28,644 nucleotides of DNA from a virus, in IMG/VR virus record IMGVR_UViG_3300025073_000448; one strand, written 5' to 3'. Below are positions 12,001 through 18,247 of the stretch, one piece after another. The translations under genes and the position numbers were made by a program. Each line of letters opens with the position of its first letter. Position 1 is the stretch's first letter. The notes beneath the pieces are model-generated. The model did not search any database. It was not told where the DNA came from and saw only the letters and a list, made by a program, of their open reading frames with translations.

Positions 12001-14510
12001 TCAGGTCCTCTTATGATGACCTCCTCGAGTACATGCGGCGCCCGATCAAGGAAGTGATCGACTACCTTGACGAGCAGGCAAGGAAGAAAGCCGAGCAGGG
12101 AGTGACCGGCGAGGAGGTGGATGACCCGGCAATCGAGATCCCCTTGGGGAATGGCAAGACCAAGAAGTACCGCAAGAGCGAGCTTATGGAGATGTATATG
12201 TCCATGGGGCAGCTCAAGGGCTTCTATGCTCCGCGCATCCGGGCGCCGGGAGATTACTTCGTTCGCGGGAAGGACGCCGAGGGGAATTTCTACCGATACC
12301 ATACGCCGAGAGAAGATCAAGCAGAGATCCTCCGCCGCCAGCTCGAGCGCCGCGGCTTCACCAACCTGGAAACGGGAAACATCGCCAAACTCCCAGAATC
12401 CATCTATCAGGATATCAGCATCATCGACATGGGGAAGGCCATTGAATACTCGGTGAGCAAGGCCGACATCAACGACCCCAATGTCAGGGCCCAGATGCAG
12501 GCCGAGATTTTGTCCTCGGCATCGAACATGCTGAAGGCCCGCGCTTTCCGGTCGCACAAGATCGCGCGGCAGAACCGAGGGGAGATGGCGCGGTATATCC
12601 TTGAAGGGACAGGGGCTGACGCTAAATGGACACTGAGGGAAGACTGGAAAAGCTACACTCCGGGAAAGGCCGCGAAGGATGGAAGGCCGGCCGAAGCACC
12701 GCGTATGCCATCCGGCATCGTAATCGACAGCATCCCCCTTTCAAGGGAAGAGCGTGAAGCTTTGTCCGCTTCTCCTTCTCCTTCTCCTTCTCCTTCATCT
12801 CCATCCCCCGGCAAAAAGAAAACGAAGCTCATGCGCGTGGGCTGGACCCCGCCGGTCAAGGGCTACATCGAGGATCCACTCGAGAGATACACCATCTACC
12901 TTTCACAGATCTCCGGCGGCGTTGCCAAGGGCGAGGCAGGGAAGAAGATGTACGCCGCCCTCATGGCCGTAGATGCGGCGAACGAGCGCGAGCGGTATAA
13001 ACGCCTCAAGAACTACATCACCGAGCAGCTCAGAAATCCGGATGCCTGGGATCGCCGCATCGCCATGGGGAAAAGTATCATTTCCTTTAAGTACCTGGGG
13101 CTCAATCCGCGCTCGGCGTTCGTCAACACCACGGCGACCGTCACCACGGCCCCGCCGGCAATCCTGAAATATACCCTCGGAAACGACGGTTCACTCATGG
13201 AGATCCTGGGGGCCATAAAGACGGCGGCCGTGGATTATGTCTCGGTCATGCGCGGGGGCTCGCTAAAAAACAAGGATGAGCAGGCCTTCATGGATGAGAT
13301 CTACCAGAAAGGATATGCCTCTCCCCAGCTCACCAGGGATGCCATGCGGAATGTGCAGGGTGCTTTCGGGAACACCTGGGGCAAAATCATGGACGCTTCC
13401 ATGTGGGGATTCGGAAAGACCGAGCAGTGGAACCGCGGGACCACCATGCTTGCGGCTTACCGGCTCGCTCGAAAGCAAGGGCAAACTCACGAGAAGGCCA
13501 TGAAGGGAGCGAGGGAGGCAAGCGACAGGGCGCACGGTGTTTACGGGCGCGCCACCCTTCCTTCCTGGGCGCTCGGGGACAACCCATTCGCCAAGATTGC
13601 ACAACTCGCCTACACGTATCAGAAGTTCGGGCACAACTACTTCCAGATGCTGACCGACATGGGGGCAGACATGGGGGCCGATAGGAAAAGCATCAAAGCT
13701 TTTGCCTTCGCTCTGGGAGCCCCGGCCGTTGTCGGCGGAGGCAAAGCCTTCATCGGCTACAAGGCGCTCATGATCGCTCTCGGGGTCATACTCTCTCAGC
13801 TTGGCATGGGTGATGACGACCCGGAAAAGTGGATCTATGACACCATTCGCCGCGAGCTTGGAAGCGCCGCCGAGGTCACGGCGAGATACGGCCTGGTGGG
13901 TGCCGGCGGGTACGGATTCGATATTTCATCTTCACTCGCCGTTGGCATGGAGCTTCCCCGCACCTTCTCGGATCTTATCGGCCCCTTCGGAGGGATCTAC
14001 AAGAACGTCGAGCAGGCTTCGAAATTTGCCCTTCAAGGACAGGGTTGGCGCGCCGGCGAGGAACTGGCCCCGTCCTTCCTTGGAAACGTCATGAGGGCAC
14101 ACAGGGAATTTGTCGAGGGTGGCTCAACGAAGTCTCTAAACCCGATCTGGGATGAGAACGGGAAAATCTACCAACCCAAGGGACGGGAGATCGCCGGGAA
14201 GGTTGTGGGGTTCACCTCGGCCGAGCGGTCAACGATCCAGGCGAGAACCTGGGAATCCAAGAAGGAGGTGGCGAACTATGCCGAGAAGAGGAAGCGGATC
14301 TATGCGGCGTATCGTGGCTACCTCCTCGATCCCGAAAGATCCAAGGAAGAAGAGAAAAGGATTTACAAGCTCATCGAGGAATACAATGAAGGCGTCACGG
14401 CCAGGAAGAAGCAGGCGTTGATTCCATACGTTACGCCGGAAAGCTTGAGAAGAGAGACGAAGAACATCATGGAGCCGAGCAGGAGGGAGCGGGCACTGCT
14501 GGCGGAGTAG
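3..14510 (+). CDS. Giant polyvalent (probably virion-injected) protein with DarB-like methyltransferase-helicase core; 5'-truncated by the window
   Basis: The frame is open from nt 3 (NQIELPEKAGKLKAM...), so ATG 45 is probably internal. It ends at TAG 14508-14510. Domain motifs are listed separately below. Confidence 0.93.
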   Translation, partial: NQIELPEKAGKLKAMQAIKDHYMKGVSGEQPATTTEPPPSRPIDTTGTAATTASVKMFLTKADIAALKNLGWDDASINKMKPEEGARIISEAMKGEAPNAQGIRSDEGQVYPGGNVQRQGLREGGQDLEFPKSEEPGGEAARQGAAEEVGQEEPAGLEGQKTREGLEREAPPLQGEQTEQEDPTAIAKQSLKTPLDIAAHEAASSPLNDKPQPTTPQIKADNAELGHFSFQGIPISIESPIGSVRKDVNHDPPKWQRVIKEAHYGRIKGVRGRDKDLLDVFVRTDNMQPAPEGSDNEAGRTGKAFVVDQIDPETGKFDELKVVLGAKDEQQARKTYLANYPEGWQGLGAITEFTIPEFKAWLRGGDATKRVGKKAPKEIETDKGVVKQKEDVDLPFAAGLAEQLAERKRMDQMASAPKTRIELMGKLKDGTANGVFVLGDDQLDLWWLPGNYAKDVRGYSGLDLIRLARTGMEPGAIYLRHPGWYAQNPTPEERKVIDEIVKFLGKDAPDRPGEFVDIQDIINAKRDKGKEPASAPPVTPKQTRTGPTAETAARKPLKEKTEPVTVAEKGESTKKEEAPPSSRPTPSTPAQPAPSAPPTLTVSDLDTKSIIVKGDYTANKDRIAPVLKQHSGLYNGKHKGWVFPKKNEAAVRAALGIGAEQKAEQPPPSRETEQVVSALDQTKEKALARYVEGMKQYLGEERAEERGRYWIDKIDSKDVVTLRETMNGINPELNRLFSTITGLPAKTQKDADASLRSLNPNKWDEWQGDKKREREKKESDRAEKIKKDAEDQVLDEKVSYNGNVTTRRDIYQNMVASGYTQIETRRRGVVDEFFLVNPKTEMQVKVPKPAVDFVRGLVDAVEAKRDKTSDLPDISEEDADHLFGTKKKPEPATQPETQRIVVGKNRDGDTIYSDDKGARYILEGGMRVQSFVLRPGYIDEQFMTVEEVDAKKPRSEDALAEPITPSRPATTKSMADASREDVMAELRKQMKERGEKTEPAVTQSTATKEAKSAPTPTAKLESAADHMKAIADGIKKINAIFGEEGSFSTAPISSSASSTAPISSSKLDETKWRQIRPILDEMWGHAVATGQDVKDFVSLVLDSLSLKAAPYFERFIEEKFSGNEEVSTQKGESDADTASPGQQEASDQGVVGDLQEEGLRPDEEERDAESVRGGLGQPDEGGISPGDRSDSERVDSRENPGNQRGIDAIPDPDQGGVGEDISQAPAGKGRERGKGGVTTKPAKKKGNDYSAPVGSLKREGSWLDTAKRSVEIIELAVKIDAEKRTATPAEQELLSKYVGFGAGEIRNKLFPAHSNTPLTQIWPNYSIYDQSWKDLAERLSKLPEQWQKTLLQSTQYAHYTSEGVTRQMWEAAKHLGFTGGHVLEPGMGIGNFFMTMPEGLRKVSTFTGIEFDGPTALIAKHLLPRQQVLHDDYTKRKLPKNFFDFAIGNPPFASIPITNDPDYAKHEFSLHDYFFAKTVDLVRPGGMVAFVTSRHTMDRQGDKARRYLQERADLIGAIRLPQMAFQDNAGTSVVTDVLFFRKRQEGEEQNGNAWSKRVEIETKDGPVNINEYYAAHPEMILGQVRKTGHTDDVGRRIGGERGYDQPTVISYYEDYADLDAAFAEAVKKLPSNVFSITTKDAESIKRETEAIEFNPKVRREGALYLDEKGNVRRVQGGVGVDFFKGATPLLESKREWFKDFVSLKGAVNAARFDQYNDGPWEASLKKLQSAYNKFRTKHGPILDFTTRTTTRTDEDGNEYQIQSRTFKNKRFWDQDYDSALITQLEKITEEGEIVKSAFLTERTIGKPVQAEVKTIHDAMAVSLDAVGKLDLNDIATRMGISQEDAIETLDDLIYRDVSGEWMLADEYLSGDVVRKLDEARTAAELDPSLQRNVEALQKVQPTPLGHSQIRVLLGAGWIPDRYVTEFASEILNAGEASYDRRTETWTVAGGNMRSERRSGNEYGTNGRSPSEILEAVLNGRRIVVKRTEKDASGRTYTYTDKESTEAVNDITKKMKEKFSSWIWTDSARTSDLLDVYNRTKNNIAPRRFNGSHLTLPGVSLKYKLHDHQKRAVWRIIQTGDTYLGHAVGAGKTLEMISAGMEMKRLGLVKRPWYVVPNHMLEQFANEFMDLYPLANIMVADKEAFHKDKRKEFVAQATLNNPDAVIVTHSAFERIGVKEESVAPIREKLVTELTEALDDTEDSDRIRRSALQRQIEIVERRFDSITGSSGKDVAITFEETGCDFLFVDEAHNYRKLDFHTNRKLKGIDPNGARKSMDMYVKVKFLDSKNPGRSHVFASGTPLTNTIGEMYSLMRFFIEDRMQEEGMSTFDGWASTFGDSKISLEPNAAGNYENVERFATFVNVPELMSRVRSFMDVLTSDQLGSIVKRPDLEGGKPEIIAVPSTPEQEDYRSGPLSERVAASKRWKPSFQQRNNPDPMIAIISEGRKASIDPRFFDHTISEKTPSKLNRMADEIIAEHKRTKLFTFEGIDGKQEAKKGGVQIVFYNLGFGAQLRAKNAFDARDALTRRLTAGGIKRDEIAWFDDADTDAKKERVFKEARLGNIRVVIGSAKKMGTGVNIQKRLTAMHYLDPPWYPADFEQPQGRIIRQGNQNETVRVKLYATKGSYDETMWSMVARKQKQIDQAFSGDASVRSIEDISEASSYEMAAALASGDQRILQLAGLNQDIDRLDRLAAAHASSQHAIAYDLDNIQRYQLPGRRERLAKLKEAKNFADDSYATYKSGSVEGRSFDHKQKDEFGAAIKAAYNKAIVDHAATLKKNSKSGWRVVATIGKVNDKYPLRVNVYQWDESIDAAELELGIGPLWFEIQTGKVLNETVSDSGLITKSINIVNRLPRDIREVEDTIEEHETEVKRLSKVLGAPFEYEAERADKIAEKNRLEAELVSEGVAANAPHQNAPPPGVISQSGSGEVIEEEESPRTTYRTGPTPGAATGYTNLYSGFPVDELIREIRAAKAGIESLLPGQISDIMPRLTDLGTRIIARGFDTARTFKEELSRVLGDAFDAVRRYVLKIFAAAQRAYAKLPDAVKNEWGTFAGPKAQWWDKAEGKFTSLYDKREKVEIDDSKMVVDEDFLNRKRSKTYVLSDIVEHPELFENYPEAMNIKVKLTPLRGYGGNMGGNTMEIATDSDKADRRQTIIHELQHWIQGREGFAVGGSVGTVLRSSPFSAKQEGLVDHLINALHSESWPKGNALHGLSPIERVDWFVNREIQRGMSESKAMEARDYTLSLPGDRKKAERQFEKDISEKRISRKSDYMRMAGEIEARDATSRGSMSTEQRRATPPYSSENIAPEDAIVRFGGGEAQMSATEDTAEESRAQRRRLEKNQGQQRLFDEGGKARDLPTAKQERSDRGTEGRETSPVQVEQSITSLPEYRKVIKKHIKEEGILKRPDTYVIQNADTDDKPTLVVVTGKVGDPKKVSTYDLSKMSPGGLRQVKKWADTARPGKAPLFPADNVYPLRHTPPQMAKPDYKPGQKSEPYRFLNQKTGKMESSATPASRVQFAIAPKDLPESAKAKLAGTRVVDENGELKLVYHGTPNADFQQFDLSLAGKSTKAKSAKEGIWFASRPETAETYSGFEQEPGSTGGPGIGQYYLKMTNPKIIDMDDLFKNNIERFDSISIAYEMKLAKQEGYDGLILKNNFDTGPKKLFDREAFKKTRRMPQDMYAVFSPDQIVSVLSPEASVKGSFKEAPIVGYRREAKSIESSLPPIKEGMTRLWRGNREGEVGTATQFTNDLPGIAIPFRNMYGGGLSYVDVPTKDLTKYEQRVAAAPGAEFNLPDELARNARNVSGIGMEGEKATTEINESRNSPLANEAGFIRLPSLGNISQSATDQLAGTLLSIRNLFHPKDASLIGSILQSPEYRKNLQEKDAFEATQFREERRHEIFIDHKEPIDLMAGMKFANATKLGGKINMGRFKTYDRYNINDPKNSHLPRDYRQTWKIIDDMDAKEISWKDYKEKLIARNKERARSGKGEAVSSRVISAIDKIRSSYDDLLEYMRRPIKEVIDYLDEQARKKAEQGVTGEEVDDPAIEIPLGNGKTKKYRKSELMEMYMSMGQLKGFYAPRIRAPGDYFVRGKDAEGNFYRYHTPREDQAEILRRQLERRGFTNLETGNIAKLPESIYQDISIIDMGKAIEYSVSKADINDPNVRAQMQAEILSSASNMLKARAFRSHKIARQNRGEMARYILEGTGADAKWTLREDWKSYTPGKAAKDGRPAEAPRMPSGIVIDSIPLSREEREALSASPSPSPSPSSPSPGKKKTKLMRVGWTPPVKGYIEDPLERYTIYLSQISGGVAKGEAGKKMYAALMAVDAANERERYKRLKNYITEQLRNPDAWDRRIAMGKSIISFKYLGLNPRSAFVNTTATVTTAPPAILKYTLGNDGSLMEILGAIKTAAVDYVSVMRGGSLKNKDEQAFMDEIYQKGYASPQLTRDAMRNVQGAFGNTWGKIMDASMWGFGKTEQWNRGTTMLAAYRLARKQGQTHEKAMKGAREASDRAHGVYGRATLPSWALGDNPFAKIAQLAYTYQKFGHNYFQMLTDMGADMGADRKSIKAFAFALGAPAVVGGGKAFIGYKALMIALGVILSQLGMGDDDPEKWIYDTIRRELGSAAEVTARYGLVGAGGYGFDISSSLAVGMELPRTFSDLIGPFGGIYKNVEQASKFALQGQGWRAGEELAPSFLGNVMRAHREFVEGGSTKSLNPIWDENGKIYQPKGREIAGKVVGFTSAERSTIQARTWESKKEVANYAEKRKRIYAAYRGYLLDPERSKEEEKRIYKLIEEYNEGVTARKKQALIPYVTPESLRRETKNIMEPSRRERALLAE
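298..450 (+). CDS. Overprinted 50-aa basic helical protein (+1 frame inside the giant ORF)
   Basis: AAAGGAG (282-288) lies 9 nt before ATG 298. Translation: MPKGYEAMRDRFIREGMSRDKACEKAAKIWNSQNPRNPVGKRHVKAPPKK*. The host frame here is a low-complexity linker. Confidence 0.6.
   Translation: MPKGYEAMRDRFIREGMSRDKACEKAAKIWNSQNPRNPVGKRHVKAPPKK
585..1110 (+). other. Inorganic pyrophosphatase-like (InPase) domain of the polyvalent protein
   Basis: ISIESPIGSVR...HYGRIKGVRGRDKDLLDVFV...FVVDQIDPETGKFDELKVVLG...YLANYPEGWQGLGAIT...FKAWL matches the polyvalent-protein InPase pattern. Confidence 0.85.
3403..3714 (+). CDS. Overprinted 103-aa helical protein, TnpV-like (+1 frame inside the giant ORF)
   Basis: AGGGGGA (3391-3397) precedes ATG 3403. 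The sequence is amphipathic and helical (WLETYRKRDFDRMKKNETLNQFVEDLDSQM...REAWERIF). The host frame is a D/E/G/R-rich disordered linker. Confidence 0.65.
   Translation: MPIPPLPDSRKRAIKAWLETYRKRDFDRMKKNETLNQFVEDLDSQMKEEYLQEIDQILNELIAEKIQGTNEGLMQYQTRTREAWERIFHKHLPAREESVAKAA
3740..4910 (+). other. DarB-like N6-adenine DNA methyltransferase domain
   Basis: SKYVGFG, AHYT, motif I VLEPGMGIGNF, motif IV NPPF (4347-4358), HDYFFAK, AIRLP...F...AGTSVVTDVLFFRKR. Confidence 0.9.
6100..8080 (+). other. SNF2/SF2 helicase domain (DarB-like)
   Basis: Q motif LHDHQKRAV, Walker A HAVGAGKT (6255-6278), DEAH (6741-6752), ASGTP, MGTGVNIQ, QPQGRIIRQGN. Confidence 0.92.
9138..9940 (+). other. LPD23-like domain with zincin metallopeptidase motif
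   Basis: EIDDS...LSDIVEHPELFENYP...IIHELQHWIQGREGFAVGG (HExxH at 9465-9479)...YMRMAGEIEARD. Confidence 0.8.
10599..11075 (+). other. ART-PolyVal-like ADP-ribosyltransferase domain
   Basis: VVDENGELKLVYHGT...FD...GIWFAS...AETYS...YLKMTNP...GYDGLIL...YAVFSPDQI. Confidence 0.82.
11170..11400 (+). other. Second, minimal ART-like domain
   Basis: TRLWRG...QFTND...YVDVP...EFNLP resembles the R-S/T-E strand pattern of the ART fold. Confidence 0.45.
11480..14510 (+). other. C-terminal helical/hydrophobic region like that of PLxRFG-domain ejection proteins
   Basis: YAPRIRAPGDYFV (12225-12263) resembles YFPLxRFGDY. Also YLGLNPRSAFVN, EQWNRGTTMLAAYRLA, HGVY, YQKF and a Gly/Ala-rich hydrophobic stretch. 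Confidence 0.6.
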
Positions 14511-14558
14511 ATCAGAAGAAGCAAGGGATTAAACCAAAAAATAACCAGGAGATAATCA

Positions 14559-17231
14559 ATGCAAAGGCAAAAGCCCACCCCTTCATGGCCATTCATGGCA
14601 CTCCTTGTTGCGTTTTCGTTTTTCGCCGCGAGTTTTTCATTTCAATTTCAATCACCCTCCATCTCCAACGCCTACGAAAAGGTAATCACCACCAACAACG
14701 CGACCTCGCGCATAGCGACCACCATAACGGCGGCCGCAACCTCCATAACCGTCAACCCCGGAACGGGCGCGCTCTTCCCCGACCCGACCGCCACCGCGGG
14801 GACCTATGCACCGGCAACGCTGTATGATGCCTCGGACAACAAAGAGATTGTCTACATCACCGAGCGAGTAGGGGACATCCTGACCGTCGAGCGCGGGAAG
14901 GAAGGGACCGTTGCGAGAGAATGGGCCGTCGGGACCGGGATAGGGTGCAGGCTCACGTCAAGCATCATTGAGGACAAGCTCAGAAACCCTATCGACCATG
15001 TGTACTATGTGAACGTCTTTGCAGTCGATCAATCAGCGGTCGGGGTTGCCGGGGCATTAGACGATTACAGTCTTGCTGATATAAACGAGTATCTTGATTC
15101 GGCGGGAATTCAGGCCAGGGTCGTCCTCCCGGCGAAGACGACAAACTATGTCCTTACCGGGAACCTGACCATTTCCGAGGAAGTGGAGCTCGAAATCCAC
15201 AAGGGAGCGATGATAGAGCCCGACGGGAACACGCTCACTTTTCCGGGAACCTTGTCCTCTCTCTCTGGGATCATTGATTGTGGATGGCAGATATTCGACG
15301 CATTATCCGGAGAGGTTGTCGGCCTCAATCGGGTGCGCCCGGAATGGTGGGGGGCTGCGGCTGGAGACAACACTGTTGATTCGGGGGTTGCGTGGAATAG
15401 CGCGATAGAAGCCCTTGTGCAGCATGGCCGGGTGGATGCCGAGAATGGGGCCTATTATCTTGCAACCGGCATATTGGTTGATGCAAAGCCGATTTCCATA
15501 ATCGGGGACATGACCTATGGGACGGTGTTTTCTCCAAAGGCCGGGCTTGCGGCCTGGACGGCCATGATGACCGTGAATAGTACGGACAGGGGCACGCCGT
15601 CCAATTGGTGGACCACCGCTCACGACAATGGGTTCGTGATGAAGAATGTTACCTTTGAAGGAGGGGGGCGGGACTATCAGTGTCATGGCTTGGTCTTTAC
15701 CGGGCAGAATTCGGATGTTCAGCTCGACAATATATTTTACGCGAACATCAAGGGCTCCGGCATGAAGGCCTGTGACCCGTTTGGAGTTACATACGATGAC
15801 GTGGTTACAGGCAATGTGATGCAGCAGTGCCAGTTCGGAAATATTAGATTTCAAAACTGTGGATACGAGGCCACGGGGGGCACGGCAAGCGAAAACTTTG
15901 CGGCCAGCCATGCCGCATACGAGATCGGGAGGAATTCGGTTGGCACGGGTTCGCATAACCACCTGAAGCATACCGGGGTTTTCCAATTGGGCTACTCGAG
16001 GTGGCGGGGGATTCGTGTGCTGAACCGGGGCGGAGCGGGGGAAACCGGACCCAACATGCACGAGCTGACTTTCCAGGATTTCTTCCTTCACGGCACCGTG
16101 AGCTTGGCTGGAAATGATGAAAACGGGGATGCATGGAACACGGATCAGCATTTGATGACCATAGGGAATATCGTTGCCGACGGCGAGAGCTCGGCTGACG
16201 CCAATTATAATCAGGGCGAGATCAAAACCATTTTCATCGACAGGTTTCATGTTGTCGAGATGGAGGAGAATTATGCCGGGATTGTGGTCGGTAAGTGTTG
16301 GACTGGCGGTGGGGCCGATCCACACGTTGGGGCTTCCGTGCATCTGGCGGCAGGGCAATTCGGAGCGAGCAGCTACCTGGTTCCATCCTATGGAATTCTG
16401 TTCGATGGAGCGGAAAGTAGCTATGTCGGCGGTATCACATACCAGTCTCCAGGAGGTCCTGCGAATTCGGTTTATGTGAAAAGCTTGCTGGATGAATTCC
16501 AGGAAATAACCCTTGGCCCTGTGTCGGCCGAGGTTCCAACGGGGACTCCCGCAGCTTCGGCCACGGTCTACGTGAAGACCGATATCGGCCAGGGACAAAT
16601 CCATGATTTGACGGCTCAGACCTATACGGCGCGTGTCCCGGCCTGCGGGAAAGATGTGACCGGGGATACCGACGGGGCAACCGAGGTCGTTACCGGACTT
16701 GCCTATACTACTAATTTTCCACCTGGATCTCTTGTGTATGTCAGTGCTGGATTTGCAACCACCGGACCCTTTACTGTTTTGGGTAGAAACGCAACAGATT
16801 TGACGCTGAGTGCCGTGAGTAACTCAGCGGAGGTGAATGTTTCTATAACCGGTACGACGCGTGAATTCGCTCTTGCCAGGGCGACCCCGGATTACAAGTT
16901 CATCAAGCGAGCGTGGATAGTTCCGGAATGGGGAGGACTGGTAGCAGACAATGCTAATTATGCAAGTTTGAAGGTTGGATATCGAAACAACTTGGGCGCC
17001 GACGGGACCGGAAGCCCTGTGAGCACCACGACAAAGTTGGTTGGCGGGGGCGGTACTGGGGATTGGACAGCGTTTATCCCGGTCGAGCTTGAGGTTGATC
17101 GAGGGGTTGCATATCTGCCGACGGGAGGTAGCGTTACCTTTGCAATCGATCAAGTAGGAACCGGCGTTGAGGTGCCGGCCCTGCTTGTCGGGTTTGAGAT
17201 GTCGGACTGGAAGTATTTTCAAGATCCTTGA
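14559..17231 (+). CDS. Tailspike/tail-fibre-like protein with predicted beta-helix and N-terminal signal-peptide-like leader
   Basis: SD AGGAG upstream. Tail-attachment-like domain NNATSRIATTITAAATSITV..GTGALFP..EIVYITERVGDILTVERGKEGT. Beta-helix cap VRPEWWGA..D.TVDSG.AWNSAI. G/N/T-rich beta-type composition. Confidence 0.75.
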   Translation: MQRQKPTPSWPFMALLVAFSFFAASFSFQFQSPSISNAYEKVITTNNATSRIATTITAAATSITVNPGTGALFPDPTATAGTYAPATLYDASDNKEIVYITERVGDILTVERGKEGTVAREWAVGTGIGCRLTSSIIEDKLRNPIDHVYYVNVFAVDQSAVGVAGALDDYSLADINEYLDSAGIQARVVLPAKTTNYVLTGNLTISEEVELEIHKGAMIEPDGNTLTFPGTLSSLSGIIDCGWQIFDALSGEVVGLNRVRPEWWGAAAGDNTVDSGVAWNSAIEALVQHGRVDAENGAYYLATGILVDAKPISIIGDMTYGTVFSPKAGLAAWTAMMTVNSTDRGTPSNWWTTAHDNGFVMKNVTFEGGGRDYQCHGLVFTGQNSDVQLDNIFYANIKGSGMKACDPFGVTYDDVVTGNVMQQCQFGNIRFQNCGYEATGGTASENFAASHAAYEIGRNSVGTGSHNHLKHTGVFQLGYSRWRGIRVLNRGGAGETGPNMHELTFQDFFLHGTVSLAGNDENGDAWNTDQHLMTIGNIVADGESSADANYNQGEIKTIFIDRFHVVEMEENYAGIVVGKCWTGGGADPHVGASVHLAAGQFGASSYLVPSYGILFDGAESSYVGGITYQSPGGPANSVYVKSLLDEFQEITLGPVSAEVPTGTPAASATVYVKTDIGQGQIHDLTAQTYTARVPACGKDVTGDTDGATEVVTGLAYTTNFPPGSLVYVSAGFATTGPFTVLGRNATDLTLSAVSNSAEVNVSITGTTREFALARATPDYKFIKRAWIVPEWGGLVADNANYASLKVGYRNNLGADGTGSPVSTTTKLVGGGGTGDWTAFIPVELEVDRGVAYLPTGGSVTFAIDQVGTGVEVPALLVGFEMSDWKYFQDP

Positions 17232-17249
17232 GATCATTGAGATCCTTGA
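17223..17249. repeat. 3 x 9-bp tandem repeat GATC(C/A)TTGA between convergent genes
   Basis: GATCCTTGA GATCATTGA GATCCTTGA; the first unit contains the tailspike stop codon. Confidence 0.85.
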
Positions 17250-18245
17250 TTACAGAAGTGACCTCCCTCGAAGTTGGGGCAGTTCTTTTCGTGCTGGCAC
17301 ATCAAACCACTCAAGCACGGTAGGATACACGTCAACGGTGCAGGCCCCTCCATCGGCCCACCGTTGACGCAACGGAATGTCCGTAGCACACCAGGACCAC
17401 GGAGCGTTGAGATGGCGAAACTCGGCCCCGTCGAAACCATGGTCCGAGATGACCATGACGTGCGTTCTCTCACGGTCGATGCCGCTGAGCACCCGACCAA
17501 GCGTTTCGTCGCATCGCTCTATCTCGTGCTCGTATTCAGGGCTCTCTCCACCGAATGCGTGGCCGAACTTGTCCGGATTCAAGTGACAGAAGATGATCGA
17601 TTTTCGGTTTCGATGCGAGAAGTTCACGGCAGCTTTCGCAAGCGATTCCATGTAAGGATCGTCAATGGATCGAGGCTTTACGGTGACGCAAAGCTGTGCG
17701 TTTTGACCAATACGGGCAAGAGGGCTCTGCGCGTCTTCTACCCCGAGATACCCACGTTTCGACGTGAGCCATGCGGTACTGAATCCGTGCTGTTGCATGG
17801 CCCATTGGAGGGTATGCTCGTATGGAATACCTGAGAACCACCCAACCCGGGCAAACTGTCCATGCTGCTGGTCGTAGTGCTCGGTCCACTCCATGGGGCG
17901 ACCGACCATTGTATGATTCCCGAAGGCCCCGGTTTGTCGCGCGGTAAGCCCCGTGAAAATTTCAGTCCATACAGGGATGGTGAGGCTTGCACCAGTCGGG
18001 GCTAGCGGGGTCAGATGCGCGCCGGGCTCGTGCAGGAAGGAAGTGAGGTTCGGGAGCCTTTTGTCGTGCATCATTCTTCGGGCGTGGGGGTGGCCTACGC
18101 TGTCCCAGGCTAGCATGAGGAGGCTGTCGCGGGGGGTTGTGGACGTGGATGTGTTGGATGCCGCGCTGATTTTGGGCATGGCCGTTGCCAATGCCGCCGA
18201 ACTCAACGCCGCCCCTGTTGTCTTGAAAAAGTCTCGTCGCCTCAT
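17250..18245 (-). CDS. Tat-exported alkaline-phosphatase-superfamily (nucleotide pyrophosphatase/phosphodiesterase-like) enzyme
   Basis: Twin-arginine signal MRRRDFFK. Metal and catalytic motifs: AWDS, SLTIPVWTEIFTG (Thr nucleophile), PDKFGH, ISDHG and a downstream H. Confidence 0.85.
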   Translation of the reverse strand: MRRRDFFKTTGAALSSAALATAMPKISAASNTSTSTTPRDSLLMLAWDSVGHPHARRMMHDKRLPNLTSFLHEPGAHLTPLAPTGASLTIPVWTEIFTGLTARQTGAFGNHTMVGRPMEWTEHYDQQHGQFARVGWFSGIPYEHTLQWAMQQHGFSTAWLTSKRGYLGVEDAQSPLARIGQNAQLCVTVKPRSIDDPYMESLAKAAVNFSHRNRKSIIFCHLNPDKFGHAFGGESPEYEHEIERCDETLGRVLSGIDRERTHVMVISDHGFDGAEFRHLNAPWSWCATDIPLRQRWADGGACTVDVYPTVLEWFDVPARKELPQLRGRSLL

Positions 18246-18247
18246 AA

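Noticed and set aside
4125-16604. Long antisense ORFs (4125-5450, 11541-12557, 15303-16604 and others)
   Set aside because: They are shadows of codon bias in GC-rich sense genes and have no recognisable motifs.
16900-17231. Diversity-generating retroelement target in the tailspike C-terminus
   Set aside because: No reverse transcriptase and no template-repeat copy were seen in the window.
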